DNA of 62,999 nucleotides, counting the filler, from Globobulimina sp. (taxonomy: Eukaryota), in the NCBI GenBank assembly GCA_003354225.1. It is 40 parts of 40 records of this genome, joined end to end, with 100 filler letters (N's around TTAATTAATTAA, not from the genome) between each part and the next. Parts side by side here need not be neighbours in the genome. Positions count along the whole stretch, not along the records: positions 1 to 1,479 come from PIVH01016038.1; positions 1,580 to 3,058 come from PIVH01016039.1; positions 3,159 to 4,637 come from PIVH01016040.1; positions 4,738 to 6,216 come from PIVH01016041.1; positions 6,317 to 7,795 come from PIVH01016042.1; positions 7,896 to 9,373 come from PIVH01016043.1; positions 9,474 to 10,951 come from PIVH01016044.1; positions 11,052 to 12,529 come from PIVH01016045.1; 32 more parts are not named here. One strand, written 5' to 3'. Position 1 is the stretch's first letter. Every line of letters starts with the position of its first letter. Positions 1 through 11,715 of this stretch are shown piece after piece. The notes under the pieces are model-generated. The model ran no database searches. It was not told where the DNA came from and worked only from the letters and a program-made list of their open reading frames with translations. The translations under genes were made by a program, and so were the position numbers.

Positions 1-40
1 ATATGATATTTAATTATTTATTGAATTGCATTGTCTGTTC

Positions 41-1479
41 TTACAAATGAATATAACATTCATGTCGTTGTTTTGGGTAATTGGAGTGCTGCGATATTGT
101 AATTTTGTCATTGGTAGCGAAAAGAAATTGATTTAATTTCACAATTCCAATCCCGATTCCACAACCTTTTACAGATGAATATCCGCCATTAGTCACATAA
201 CCAAACAGTTTATCATTCAGAAACATTGCATTCCCAACTGCAGCCACTCCTTTTTTACACATCTTGATATTCACCAGTAACAAAGCACAATTCACAACTG
301 ATTCATCCCAATTATATAAATTCATAAAATCCATTTTCTGTTTTAATAACCTACAATTTCTGATGTTTTGCAGCATATTTTTATCTCTAATTATGAAATA
401 TTTACAATTTTTATTCCGATTCCAATCCACATCAAAACTTTCTATAGTATCACTATTCAATTTAAGTTTAATATTATTTATCAAATCACAATCATGCTTG
501 AGTCCCCATAACGTGTAATTCAGCAAATATTCCAACTGTTTCCCCTCATCATCCATTTTAATATCCGAGTCTCCATCTTCTTTTTTATATTTTTCAATTT
601 GCAATAAATTCTTTTTTATCATAATATCTGATAGCTCCATATTTTGAATTTCATCTTTCTGTTGAAACAATAACAATATATTTGGCCATACACTAAATGG
701 GTACATTGGATATGGATTTATTCGTTTTGCTTTGGGTTTGTTAAAATATTCATGCAACACTTGATATTTATAATATTTTAACCAATAATGAACGCCCGCC
801 ATACTATCCACATAATCCACTGGGAATAACAGTTGATTTGATTTCATTTCTAATCTCATAAATAACTTTTGTTTATACCCAATGACCCGTCCACCACCAA
901 AATGCAGATTCTTCCACCAAAACCTTGCTATGGATGTAAATTTAATTGAGTCTTCAAACTGAAATGCTTTCACTTTTGTTGAATGAATAGGTATAATAAT
1001 ATCCCATCCAATAATCTTATTCCTCAATGCTAATTCTTTCATATTGCTATCATCATAAAAACGTTTGGCGATCATCATAAATGGAAATAAAAACAATTCA
1101 TTTTTGCGTTTTTCCCTCTTTGAATGACCAGATTCTGTTTCTTCAAAATATGTGTGAAAATCGGCAGTCATGTTATAATTATTACGCTTGTATTGATTAA
1201 TAAGAATGAAGGGATGTTGTGAGGGGGTATTGCAACTCACAAAATCTTGTTTCAATTTGGATTTATTATTCAGAATAAAGGGTTGTGATACAGAGTAATG
1301 ATGTCGACCACATACCAATTGCGAACACATAATGCTTCCATCCGCAACAAATGGCGCACTTTTTTCCTCCATTAAATTGGGTATAGAGCATTGTGAGGCA
1401 GCTTGTAACACAAAACAAGACATTGGACCACGTAACTCATATCTCACGAATTTGCGTGATTCATTCCCAACTTTAATAC
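41..1479 (-). CDS. POP1: RNase P/MRP subunit POP1, C-terminal part (5'-truncated)
   Basis: POPLD-like GWDIIIP...FWWKNLHFGGGRVIG...LE...FPVDYVDSMAG and C-terminal LFGYVTNGGYSSVKGCGIGIG motifs. Confidence 0.85.
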
Positions 1480-1579
1480 NNNNNNNNNNNNNNNNNNNNN
1501 NNNNNNNNNNNNNNNNNNNNNNNTTAATTAATTAANNNNNNNNNNNNNNNNNNNNNNNNNNNNNNNNNNNNNNNNNNNN
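1480..1579. other. Artificial contig linker (first of 39; one about every 1.58 kb)
   Basis: N-run + TTAATTAATTAA + N-run recurs identically; contig lengths fall steadily from 1479 to 1476 bp, i.e. a size-sorted concatenation. Confidence 0.99.
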
Positions 1580-2043
1580 CATGGTCAGCATACTTAGTTA
1601 CAAAGTGAAGCACTCAAATGTTAGTAAAAATAGAAAATTTAAATGTTGATTGAAGAAATGAACTAAAAGCAAAAACTCTATTGACACACACAAATACAAC
1701 AAATAAAAAATTATACTTCACTTGAAAGGTTTTCACACAGAACCCTATTCCCAGGATTAACTACACTTTTTTTATTTTCGTTCCTTAACTAGTCCACATT
1801 TTTTTCAGAAATAGCGCAATACCTCCTTCTCGTGTGACGAACGGGCGTTTAATCCTAATCTGGATATAGACGTCATTTAAAAGTGTGTGAATACTGAATA
1901 CATCTTTCAACACAACCAGATAACCGACAATTGAATGTTTAGTTACATAACAGATCCAACAGCAAATAACAAAAATATTCTTCATTGTCATGGATATACA
2001 GATAAGATTTGCAACACTGCGACTATCATACAATTGCAACACT

Positions 2044-2640
2044 ATGGGAGCTCAATTAAACTGCATATCTGCGCCCTTAGAAGACGCCGACAGTTCCAAT
2101 AGTTCACATTCTTACATCACTGAGGATTCACACAACAAATCGCTCCATCGACATCGAGTTAAAATCCTATTCCTTGACGTTGATGGCGTATTAAATGGAG
2201 AGAACCATGGTTATGGCGGTGTGGATGATTCGTTGTTATTCTTACTCCGAACCATTATCGATGAGACCCATTGTAAAATCGTATTATCCACAACCTGGCG
2301 ACTTAACCAATGCGCGAGAGCCACTTTGTTGCATTTTATGAAGGCTCGAGCTGATATAAATGTGGACGACATTATAATTGGGGACACCCCAAATATTAAA
2401 AATAAAAAACGCGCCTTTGAGATTGAATCGTTCTTAGAATCGGATGAGTTTCAGTCGCAATATTCAGTGACCCGTTGGTGCGCCGTCGATGATTTGGCGC
2501 TCAATACACATTATCCCATTTTCATGAAGAACCATTTTGTGCGAACCAATTATAGGACGGGTATGACGACGCAAGACGCGGTCAAAGTTGTACAGATTTT
2601 AAATCGAGAGGATGAACTGTCAAATTCTTATGATTATTAA
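2044..2640 (+). CDS. HAD-superfamily phosphatase (HAD_SAK_2 / Swiss-Army-knife RNA-repair-like)
   Basis: KILFLDVDGVLN (DxD), KIVLSTTWR, IGDTP, WCAVDD motifs; MGAQLNC N-terminus; intronless. Confidence 0.8.
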   Translation: MGAQLNCISAPLEDADSSNSSHSYITEDSHNKSLHRHRVKILFLDVDGVLNGENHGYGGVDDSLLFLLRTIIDETHCKIVLSTTWRLNQCARATLLHFMKARADINVDDIIIGDTPNIKNKKRAFEIESFLESDEFQSQYSVTRWCAVDDLALNTHYPIFMKNHFVRTNYRTGMTTQDAVKVVQILNREDELSNSYDY

Positions 2641-3158
2641 TGATTGACTTGCTTGTTTTTTTTATTTGTGACCGTTTTTTATAATGCTTGTATTATCCCG
2701 CTGTGGCACTCCATTTTTAATTTAAATTTTCTTGTTTGCTCTTTTTATTTATAATATTGGATTTTTATTTTATTTTAATGCAATGCCATCGAGCGAGACC
2801 TTACATTTATTTATAAAAAATGTACAAGTTTTAATGTTTTTTTTGGGGGAATGGAGATTCAAAATGTGTGATATTTTAATTAATTAAGTTTTGTTCGTAA
2901 ATTTGTATACTTATTGCTTTTTTTTGTTTGAAAAAGAATTAATTTTAACACCATGATTGCTTTAATCGTAGTATTGAGTGGTCACAAACAGACTTTTGTT
3001 TTCTTTTTCTTTTCCTAGATTTTCTGTTACTATCGTTTCAATTTATATAATTATTTCCNNNNNNNNNNNNNNNNNNNNNNNNNNNNNNNNNNNNNNNNNN
3101 NNTTAATTAATTAANNNNNNNNNNNNNNNNNNNNNNNNNNNNNNNNNNNNNNNNNNNN

Positions 3159-4637
3159 GGCATGACACTGGCGCGACCTGCAACGACATGGCCCGCTGTA
3201 AGAATTGCTCCCCTGGTCGTAGCTGCGTGGCTCAGTTCCCACATCAGATCTGGAAGGCCACTGCGCACGGTTTAGTCAACGGCACCGACGCAATGATCGC
3301 CGCGTTGCAAGACGGTCCTATCGCGTGTGGCATGGCTGTCACCTCCGCCTTTGAGAATTACAGAGGCTTTGCCATATTCAATGACCAGACTGGTGCCAAA
3401 AATGTAGGTCACGCCATTAGCATCGTGGGCTATGGCACGGACGGCGGCGTAGATTATTGGATTGGCAGGAATTCGTGGTCGACGTGGTGGGGCAATGCAG
3501 GCTATTTCCGAATCGTGCGTGGTACCAACAACATGGCGATCGAGAGTTCGTGCGCCTGGGTGACGCCCGCAACCGCTCCGGTGTGGAAGAACCACACTGG
3601 CTTCGGCGGAGAGGGCACGGGCACGCCGCAGGGCAATCAGGGCGTAGCTTGCGCGACGAAGAATGATTGGGATGCCATTCCGCCAAAGATTACCTCGCCT
3701 TTACCGCATACTTATGTCGATTTGAAGGCGTTGCCGAATAAGTTTGTGTGGAATAATGTGAATGGAACCAATTATGCATCGTTGGCGCGTAACCAACATA
3801 TTCCGCAATATTGGTATGCATGTTTTTTTTTGTATGTTTATACAGTTTCAGACATACTGTTTTGTGTACATTTAGTGGTTCTTGCTGGGCAATGGGAAGT
3901 TTATCGAGTTTGAATGACAGATTATCGATTCAGAGAGCGAAAGCTGGCTCGAATTGGGGCGGCAATATCTGGCCTGAGGTTAGTTTATCGGTTCAAGTGT
4001 TGATCAATCAGAATGGTGGCGGAACCTGCAATGGTGGCAATGCCGGCGGTGTGATGAAATATGTGGAGCAGCATGGCATTCCCGATGAAACCTGCCAGAT
4101 TTATCAAGCTAAAAATAACCCGCATAATGGGAATTCTGCGTTGAATATTTGCGAGAATGTTAAGTGTTTTGTTTATGTTTTGAGATTGCTCTGAAAGTGA
4201 ATGTTTATGAAAACAGTGTGTTCCTGGTTCGTCGTCAACGACTCCCGGAGTTTGTTCAAAAGTGTCGAATTTTACGTTGTATGGGTTGAGTCAATATGGT
4301 CCTGTTCGTGGTGTGACGAATATGAAAGCGGAAATATATGCACGTGGTCCCATTGCCTGTGTATGTTTTGTGTGTGGTTTTGAGTGTGAATGTGTTTAAA
4401 TCTGTGTTTATGTGACAGGGAGTGGACGCAACCTCGGCATTTGATGCTTATAAAGGTGGTGTATTTCAACAAGCAAATGCGAATAATATTAATCATATTA
4501 TTAGTGTGATTGGATGGGGTGTTACTAGCTCCGGAGAAAATTATTGGGTTGGACGAAATTCTTGGGTATGTTGTTTATGTTTTTGTGCGTTTTGAGATGA
4601 TTTATATATATAAAAAAACAAAGGGAACGTATTGGGG
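3159..4637 (+). CDS. Tandem two-domain cathepsin Z/X-like cysteine protease (partial at both ends, 4 introns)
   Basis: Domain 1 ends GHAISIVGYG...YWIGRNSW; domain 2 reads RNQHIPQYCGSCWAM...NHIISVIGWG...GRNSWG after removing introns 3814-3875, 4159-4216, 4361-4418 and 4566-4623. Confidence 0.92.
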
Positions 4638-4791
4638 NNNNNNNNNNNNNNNNNNNNNNNNNNNNNNNNNNNNNNNNNNNNTTAATTAATTAANNNNNNN
4701 NNNNNNNNNNNNNNNNNNNNNNNNNNNNNNNNNNNNNGTTTAAGGTTTTTAAAGTTTGTTTAAATTAAAAAACACAGTATTTTCCTTCATA

Positions 4792-6049
4792 ATGGTCTAC
4801 AAACGAGCAGCAATCAAAAGTTTTGTTGCTGGATTCGGTGACGCCCTGTGGCCGGGCGCCTTTATTTACGTCGTAACATCACCATTAATCCGCAAAAGAT
4901 TTGCGCAATGTTGCATTCTGAACGGAGTCATATTTCTCGGTTCCATTTGCATTTTAAATTACATCGCCATTCCAACATTTATATTCATTCTACAATTTTC
5001 GGGCCTCAGTCCATCGCGGACAGAATGGGCTGAATTTGCTGTCGATAAACTGTACAAAGTTAAATTAAATATCCTCACACACACACAACAAATAACTGAC
5101 ATACATCAACAACACACAAACACAACGCCAGGCTGTATGGGTGTTGCCATTATACATATTCTCATTTGTGGTCAACTCCATATGGTACCAAGACATAGCC
5201 GAACAGGCACATTTATTGCATTCGCATCCACGAAACAAAGAGCAAAAAGCCATGAAAAAATTAGTGCATCGCGTTGAAAAAAATAAAATGCATTCACCGC
5301 TGCCAAAAAACAGTGATTTTTCCTTTTCCTCGCCATCATTGCACGATGATGTGGTGAAACATGATATGCGTTCATCCCACAATGGATCGGATCATTTGAA
5401 CCACAGCGACAGTAAATTGAACAGACGATTTAAAAAGTCCAAGAACGGAAAACGTAAACAAAACATAATTAACTCAATACGCAATACACTGAATGAGGAG
5501 ATCTACCATTCCTTATTTTTGGTGGTGTTCAATGTGGAGATATTGTTATTTAGTAAAATGGGCACTATTTTCAGTTTAATTGCATCCTCATTCAAATATG
5601 AGTTTATATCCATTTTATTTGATTACATTGGTTTGTTGATTGCGTTTTTTTTATTTTGTTGGCAACATTCATTTCTATCATTTGAGTATAAGTGGATTAT
5701 GGAAGGAAAGCCATTGCGACAACGGATAAAATATTTTGAGGAACGGATACCGTATTTTTCTGGATTTGGTGCTCCGTTGACCATAATGGTGTTGCTTGCG
5801 CCGCAAATTATAGCGACTGGGATCTATGCGTTGACCTTTCCGTTGTTTATTATTCAGGCGATTGAGTCATATCCGGTTTATAAAACGCAACGTAATGAGT
5901 CGAATATCAGGGTGCCATTTCGGATCCCGGTGTTTGCTACGACGAAATGGATCGAATATGTTATACTTTGGTTCTTTGATAAGCATTTTTGTTGTGTTCG
6001 GTGTGTGTTGTCGTGCTTGCAAAAATGTGGGAGAGTGTTTGGAATATAA
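4792..6049 (+). CDS. EI24: EI24 (etoposide-induced 2.4) family membrane protein
   Basis: QCCILNGVIFLGS, WVLPLYIFSFVVNSIWYQDIA, FEYKW, YFSGFGAP, YALTFPLFII; intron 5059-5131 joins the two ORFs. Confidence 0.85.
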
Positions 6050-6315
6050 AATGTTTTTTTTTATTGTTTGTTTTGTTGAACAAGAATACTAAATAACAAG
6101 AATATGTAACCAAGCTGAAAACCTGGTTCAGTTTGAGTACCCTATGAGTACAGCACCTACCGAGCTCAGGTATTGTTGCTTATGCATATCTATGCATATT
6201 AGAAGAATTTAAAAAANNNNNNNNNNNNNNNNNNNNNNNNNNNNNNNNNNNNNNNNNNNNTTAATTAATTAANNNNNNNNNNNNNNNNNNNNNNNNNNNN
6301 NNNNNNNNNNNNNNN

Positions 6316-7085
6316 NGACCTATAATATTATTAATATATTCATTTTGTTTCTGTTTGGTTGCAAATAATACAATAAAAATACAATAAAAAACCTGAGATA
6401 TGTCGGCTTCCATCATATTATAGAATTTCTTGCTCATCATAAAGGGTTTCAGCGCATTGATTTTGTGCACGCCGCGAGACTTATTCTTCTCTCTTTTTTT
6501 GCGTGCGTCTTCTTTGCATTTCTCAATCATATATTTGTAATCATCGATCTTCGACGCAAAGTAATTGCTCATCATAGTTAGCCGCATCTCGTCGGCTTCA
6601 GAAACTTCCCTCGTTTCTTGTTCGCTCATCGCCCCGGCAAAATTACGCGATTTCTCGATTTTGCGGTTGAGTTTGAAGCCGCGTTGGACGGCGGATTGGA
6701 TGGAGTTTATATTGCCGATTAAAGTCATCCTTTTACGACCCATTACGAGATGTTTCTGCCCATTGGGCGGAGGGTACATACTTTCCTGAACATCACGGTA
6801 AGTTAAACCAACTCGGCCCGTTGGTGTCAGTGAGCCGGCTACGGACAATGTGGACGATGGTTTGTAGGAATGTGACTTGGTTGTTATTCGTGGCGTGATT
6901 GACTGTGCTGAGGAGTCGATGCTTACGTTTTTGCGTTTTGATTTGGCAGTGGATGGACGACCTTTGGCTGTTCCTGGACGCGAGGTTTGGTGACTTTGGT
7001 CCGTTGGCCAATCGGCGTCGTCTTCCGTTGGTAATGATACTTTCGATTTGCTTTTGCCATTACGTTTGCTTGCAGGGGAAGCCAT
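6316..7085 (-). CDS. Hypothetical protein (3'-truncated)
   Basis: Long ORF from ATG 7085; low-complexity basic/Ser-rich N-terminus; no recognised domain. Confidence 0.55.
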
Positions 7086-7130
7086 TTAGCGCAGACTTTA
7101 GTTACTGGAAGTTTTTGAAGAATCACTTTA

Positions 7131-7795
7131 ATGGCACACAAAATATTAAAGAATCCACAATCAAACACAAGTAAACATGATGATGTTGATAATGAATCCA
7201 TGGATATTGACCTCAAAATATTTGCTTAGAAATAGCAACAAATTGTAATAAATCAAAGAATGAAATTATATCAAATTGCTCATATTTACAGAGATTAACA
7301 ATGAGTTTAAAATATTTCAATGTGTTAATAAATAATAATCAAATCAATGCAAGTAAAGTAAGTCAAGAAATATTGATTGAATTTTGTAATGAATCATACA
7401 CACATTTTATTGATGATTTTGCACATTTTTTAAAAGAACATGGCTCAAATAATGAATTAATTGAAATTGAAAAAGAACTAAAAAATAAATATGCGTTTAC
7501 AACCTGTGATATTTCAAAATGTAATCAATTAAAAAGATATTATAATGGAAGAAAGGAAGAAAAAAAAGAAAATAATAAAAATAATGATGAACGATTTGAT
7601 TTTTATTGTCATTTATTTGATAGGTTTCATCATCAAATATTTCATCTTTTTAGCATGGGATTGAGAGTCGAAACAATGGAAAACAAAGAAAATAATAATA
7701 ATAATAATTTTTTATGCGTTGAAAAAATATTTAAAACAAAAAGGGATTTAATCAAAAAAAAACAAGAAAACTCTAGATTTGGTTTAAGACGATTT
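7131..7795 (+). pseudogene. Lineage-expanded hypothetical family member with apparent frameshift near 7226
   Basis: ATG 7131 frame (…MDIDLKIFA*) stops at 7227-7229; the shifted frame continues …CSYLQRLTMSLKYF. Joined, it parallels the intact ORF at 42302 (AIDFAIF…CEAVSRIIYALKYY). Confidence 0.45.
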
Positions 7796-8053
7796 NNNNN
7801 NNNNNNNNNNNNNNNNNNNNNNNNNNNNNNNNNNNNNNNTTAATTAATTAANNNNNNNNNNNNNNNNNNNNNNNNNNNNNNNNNNNNNNNNNNNNATCAA
7901 AATCGTTGGAAAAATTCAATGGTTGTAATGGGTAATCTATTGCAAGCCCTTTTGAATCCAATCGGTCGGCAACAGTGTATGTTGAACATGGTTGGATTGT
8001 TTTTGATGTCATTGTTAACCAGCTATTTTAAGAAAACTTTGCAAGTTTGCTAA

Positions 8054-9229
8054 GTGCATTTAGTAACAATTCACCTGATATTTTCCTATCGCCACCTACA
8101 CTGCGGCCAAATGCAAGACGAGAAAGAGATTGCAAATAAGAACGACTATAAAAACGATAATGCAGTGCCATACTGTGAATGTGACATATATCGATTATAC
8201 AACGACATGGAGAGTCCATCGACACTAATATTGGATGTTCGCTCTGCAAACGATTATAATATAAATCATATATTAAACAGTGAATATTTTGAAATACCTT
8301 TTAATTTTGAATACAAAACACCAAAGGATTTACTATTAAAATTGAACAAAAACATTGAACAATTTAAAGCAAAAGTATTTACTAAATTGGCTACCATCAA
8401 ATCAAAAGACAATTTATTAATATCTTGTTACGGTAATGAATGGACCAAAAACAAAACAGAAAAATTCAATGTCTTATACCAATTATCACTCATATTTGGT
8501 TTGCAAAAAAATCAATTAAAAATATTAAAATATCCCGGATTTATTTCATTTGAAAAGAAATTTCCATTTTTATGCAGCAAATATATCGCCGAAGAAGAAT
8601 TAGAAAAAGCAACAGATTTTAGTTCAATGTTAGATGCATTAAAAAATAAAAATAGACCCAAGAACGATGGCACTTTATATGGTAAAATAAAATCGCAAGA
8701 CCGAAAATATCCGAATTCCATAATTTTTGACAAATTATTTTTAGGAAATTCTGAACATTCAAAGAATTTAAAAGTGTTACAACAGTTAGGAATAACGCAT
8801 ATTATTAATGCAACATTGCAATTTAAAAATGAGTTTGAATCGTTTGGCGATATAAAATATTTACAAGTTGCAATTGATGATAATATGAATGAAACATTTG
8901 AGCCGTATTGGCAGCGAATAATGCAATTTATGCAATGTATCGACGAGGAGGATAATAAAAATGCAATATTCGTGCACTGTGAAATGGGAATCTCGCGGTC
9001 AGCGACCATTATCATTGCATATTTGATGTCTAAATTAAAAATCTCATTGTATGATGCTTATGTTTATGTTTTGGATAAAAGGGATATCATTCGACCAAAT
9101 CAATCTTTCTTAAAACAACTGGAAAAATATGAAAAACAATTATTTGATGGTGTTTCTACATTGGAACATGTTGACAAAGAAATAAGACAGATTCATTTGC
9201 GAAGATTATCAAAAGAGCAGCACCAATGA
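8054..9229 (+). CDS. Rhodanese + dual-specificity phosphatase (MAPK-phosphatase-like); true start probably in an upstream exon
   Basis: LILDVRSANDYNINHI (rhodanese), LFLGN, ITHIINAT, catalytic VHCEMGISRSAT, AYLM, IRPNQSFLKQL. Confidence 0.92.
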   Translation: MHLVTIHLIFSYRHLHCGQMQDEKEIANKNDYKNDNAVPYCECDIYRLYNDMESPSTLILDVRSANDYNINHILNSEYFEIPFNFEYKTPKDLLLKLNKNIEQFKAKVFTKLATIKSKDNLLISCYGNEWTKNKTEKFNVLYQLSLIFGLQKNQLKILKYPGFISFEKKFPFLCSKYIAEEELEKATDFSSMLDALKNKNRPKNDGTLYGKIKSQDRKYPNSIIFDKLFLGNSEHSKNLKVLQQLGITHIINATLQFKNEFESFGDIKYLQVAIDDNMNETFEPYWQRIMQFMQCIDEEDNKNAIFVHCEMGISRSATIIIAYLMSKLKISLYDAYVYVLDKRDIIRPNQSFLKQLEKYEKQLFDGVSTLEHVDKEIRQIHLRRLSKEQHQ

Positions 9230-9474
9230 TATTTATCCTGGCACATTTCGTTTTGTGTTTGTTTTTGTGCGATTTTTTCATCGTCAAAAAATAACGCCAG
9301 TCAAATGAGGTTTTTTCAAGATAACTCACAGCAGAATCGAGATAACTGCAGAATGGATAATATATGCATGCAANNNNNNNNNNNNNNNNNNNNNNNNNNN
9401 NNNNNNNNNNNNNNNNNTTAATTAATTAANNNNNNNNNNNNNNNNNNNNNNNNNNNNNNNNNNNNNNNNNNNNT

Positions 9475-10951
9475 TTAGCTGAAAAACGTCTCCTGTCCCA
9501 TGCCTACATTGATTTCGAAAGGGACTATGTAGGAGACAAAATTCAGTTGAATATCGCTTAGGATGATGCTCTGGAGGCATATAAACAATGCCGCATCGTT
9601 CTTAGCGGTTTACTCAATGCCCATAATAAAGCTTTGCTTCAACCGGACCCCAATGAGACTAGGAATCTTGTTCCGAAATCAAAAGAGTCTGGGGGGTCGC
9701 AGAGCGACGTTTCGTGGCAAATTTCGTCCCCCTCCACTTCCCAAAAGGTCCCTCCTACCCCTATGCCAACAATGACAGCAGTAGATACTCACACAAGTAC
9801 TACAGCCTCATTCAAGAGACAAATTGTTTCTTCAGCACAGACAATTTATTCAAGTCTAAAGTCGAGAGTCCCGGCTGTGCCAAAGCGACTCAGTCTGGAT
9901 GCCTTGAGAACAACCGTTCAAGCACAGACTTTAAACAAATCAAATATGACTGTGCCGAGAAGTCAAGTACCAGGAGAGGTACAGTCAGCGGTCTCACTTC
10001 CGCCCATGACAAATACAGCGGTCTCAATTCCGCCAGGAATGAACTCAGCGGTCTCACTTCCGCCTGTGACGAGTTCAGCGGTCTCAATTCCGCCAGGAAT
10101 GAATTCAGCGGTCTCACTTCCGCCTGTGACAAATTCAATTCCGCCAGTTACCTATTCAGCGGTCCAATTTCCGCCAGTGAGGTCTGTTCCTCCTACAATG
10201 ACACCTACTATTCAACAGATGCCCGAAACGAGCTACAAACAGTGCTATAAACGCCTCCATCGTTCGGAGCCCACGAATAACACAAGTACACCCTATCAAC
10301 CATGGGTTTCGTCACAGGGCAAAAGTACCTATAAACCACGGGTTTTGTCACAGGGCAAACGTACACCCTATCAACCACGGTTTTCGTCACAGGGCAAACG
10401 TACACCCTATCAGCCACGTTTTTCGTCACAGGGCACAAGTACACCCTATCAAACACGTTTTTCGTCAGTGCAACAAACACCAAAATTGACTCCAATCACA
10501 GAGGAGAATACAGACACAAATGACGACAAAACAACACCCAATGAAGGTCAACAACAAAATACAGACCCATCTACCGTAACGAGAGAACAAACGGCAGAAG
10601 AACAAACCGTAGCACCCGATATTGCATGGTCAAAATACACAGACAGTCCAGCTTTTGGTCGATGGACTATACAAACGAAGGCTCCGAAATTCGCTGCTCG
10701 TTATTTATCAGTACTAATGCGCAATTTCCGAGCTCGTATACGTCAAATACAAACACAAACGGCCACAGCTCGACCCATTATTACTGGTCCTACTCCTCAA
10801 TGCAAAAGGACCGTTATTAAACAAACTCGTTATTCCAAAAAAGGGACGGTTGGAAAACGAAAATATGGAAGACCACCTAATGGTCAAATTCATTATTTCC
10901 CATACATTCCGCGTATCAAGATGTACAGATATAGGCGCAAAATTCGTCCTA
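9475..10951 (+). CDS. Pro/Ser/Thr/Gln-rich tandem-repeat protein (partial; single in-frame TAG at 9559-9561)
   Basis: One frame is open across the whole contig except TAG 9559; SAVSLPP and TPYQPRFSSQG repeats. Confidence 0.5.
9986..10180 (+). repeat. 30-bp coding tandem repeat (about 6 units, partly degenerate)
   Basis: cagcggtctca(c/a)ttccgcc... recurs at 9986, 10016, 10046, 10076, 10106. Confidence 0.9.
10288..10468 (+). repeat. About 39-bp coding tandem repeat (5 units)
   Basis: acaccctatcaaccacggttttcgtcacagggc variants encoding TPYQPRFSSQG. Confidence 0.9.
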
Positions 10952-11051
10952 NNNNNNNNNNNNNNNNNNNNNNNNNNNNNNNNNNNNNNNNNNNNTTAAT
11001 TAATTAANNNNNNNNNNNNNNNNNNNNNNNNNNNNNNNNNNNNNNNNNNNN

Positions 11052-11687
11052 AGCTTGGAATTGATTGAAATTTTCACGGCCATAAATTTTCAGTTTCAAA
11101 CTGTTTGTGATAAACTTAACGTGATCAGGATGTTGCATTACAGGATCATCCTCGTCATCATCATCTAACGTATCTGGGTGTGGTGCCAAACACGCATTGC
11201 ATTGCATGCTATGCCCTGCATTCACCAATGTACAATTTCCACACTGCCAACCCTTTGACGCAGCGGATGGCTTCGCATGATTCTGTATATACATATTTTT
11301 GTATATTATATATAGTTAATTAATATTTAAGTGGTGTTTAACTGATTTTTGTTTTTTGACGGGAGTCACTGATCGTGATTCTTCAGTATGTTCGGCGGAA
11401 TCAGATTGTGAGGAGGTGTCATCACTGGAATTATCACCAGTGTCCATTTGGTTTTTTTGTTCATTAAATTCTTTTTTTTCATTGGTATCAACGCGTTTAT
11501 GTTGATTTGGTTTTGATTCGATTCGGTACCATTCTCCAGTTTCCGTATCTACGTAATATGGTTTACCATTTTCATCTATGTGTTCTTCCCAGGATTCGGG
11601 TAATTGTTCGGGTAAAGTTTGTAACTCAGCGATTTTGGCTTTTGCTGCCTGGAGTTTTAATTTTATTGCATTCGCTAAAGCAGCCAT
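11052..11687 (-). CDS. WW domain + RanBP2-type zinc finger protein (3'-truncated)
   Basis: LPESWEEHIDENGKPYYVDTETGEWY (WW); intron 11283-11342; WQCGNCTLVN...CNAC (zf-RanBP). Confidence 0.82.
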
Positions 11688-11715
11688 TACTATTTCAAAA
11701 ACGGTTTTTAGTCAA

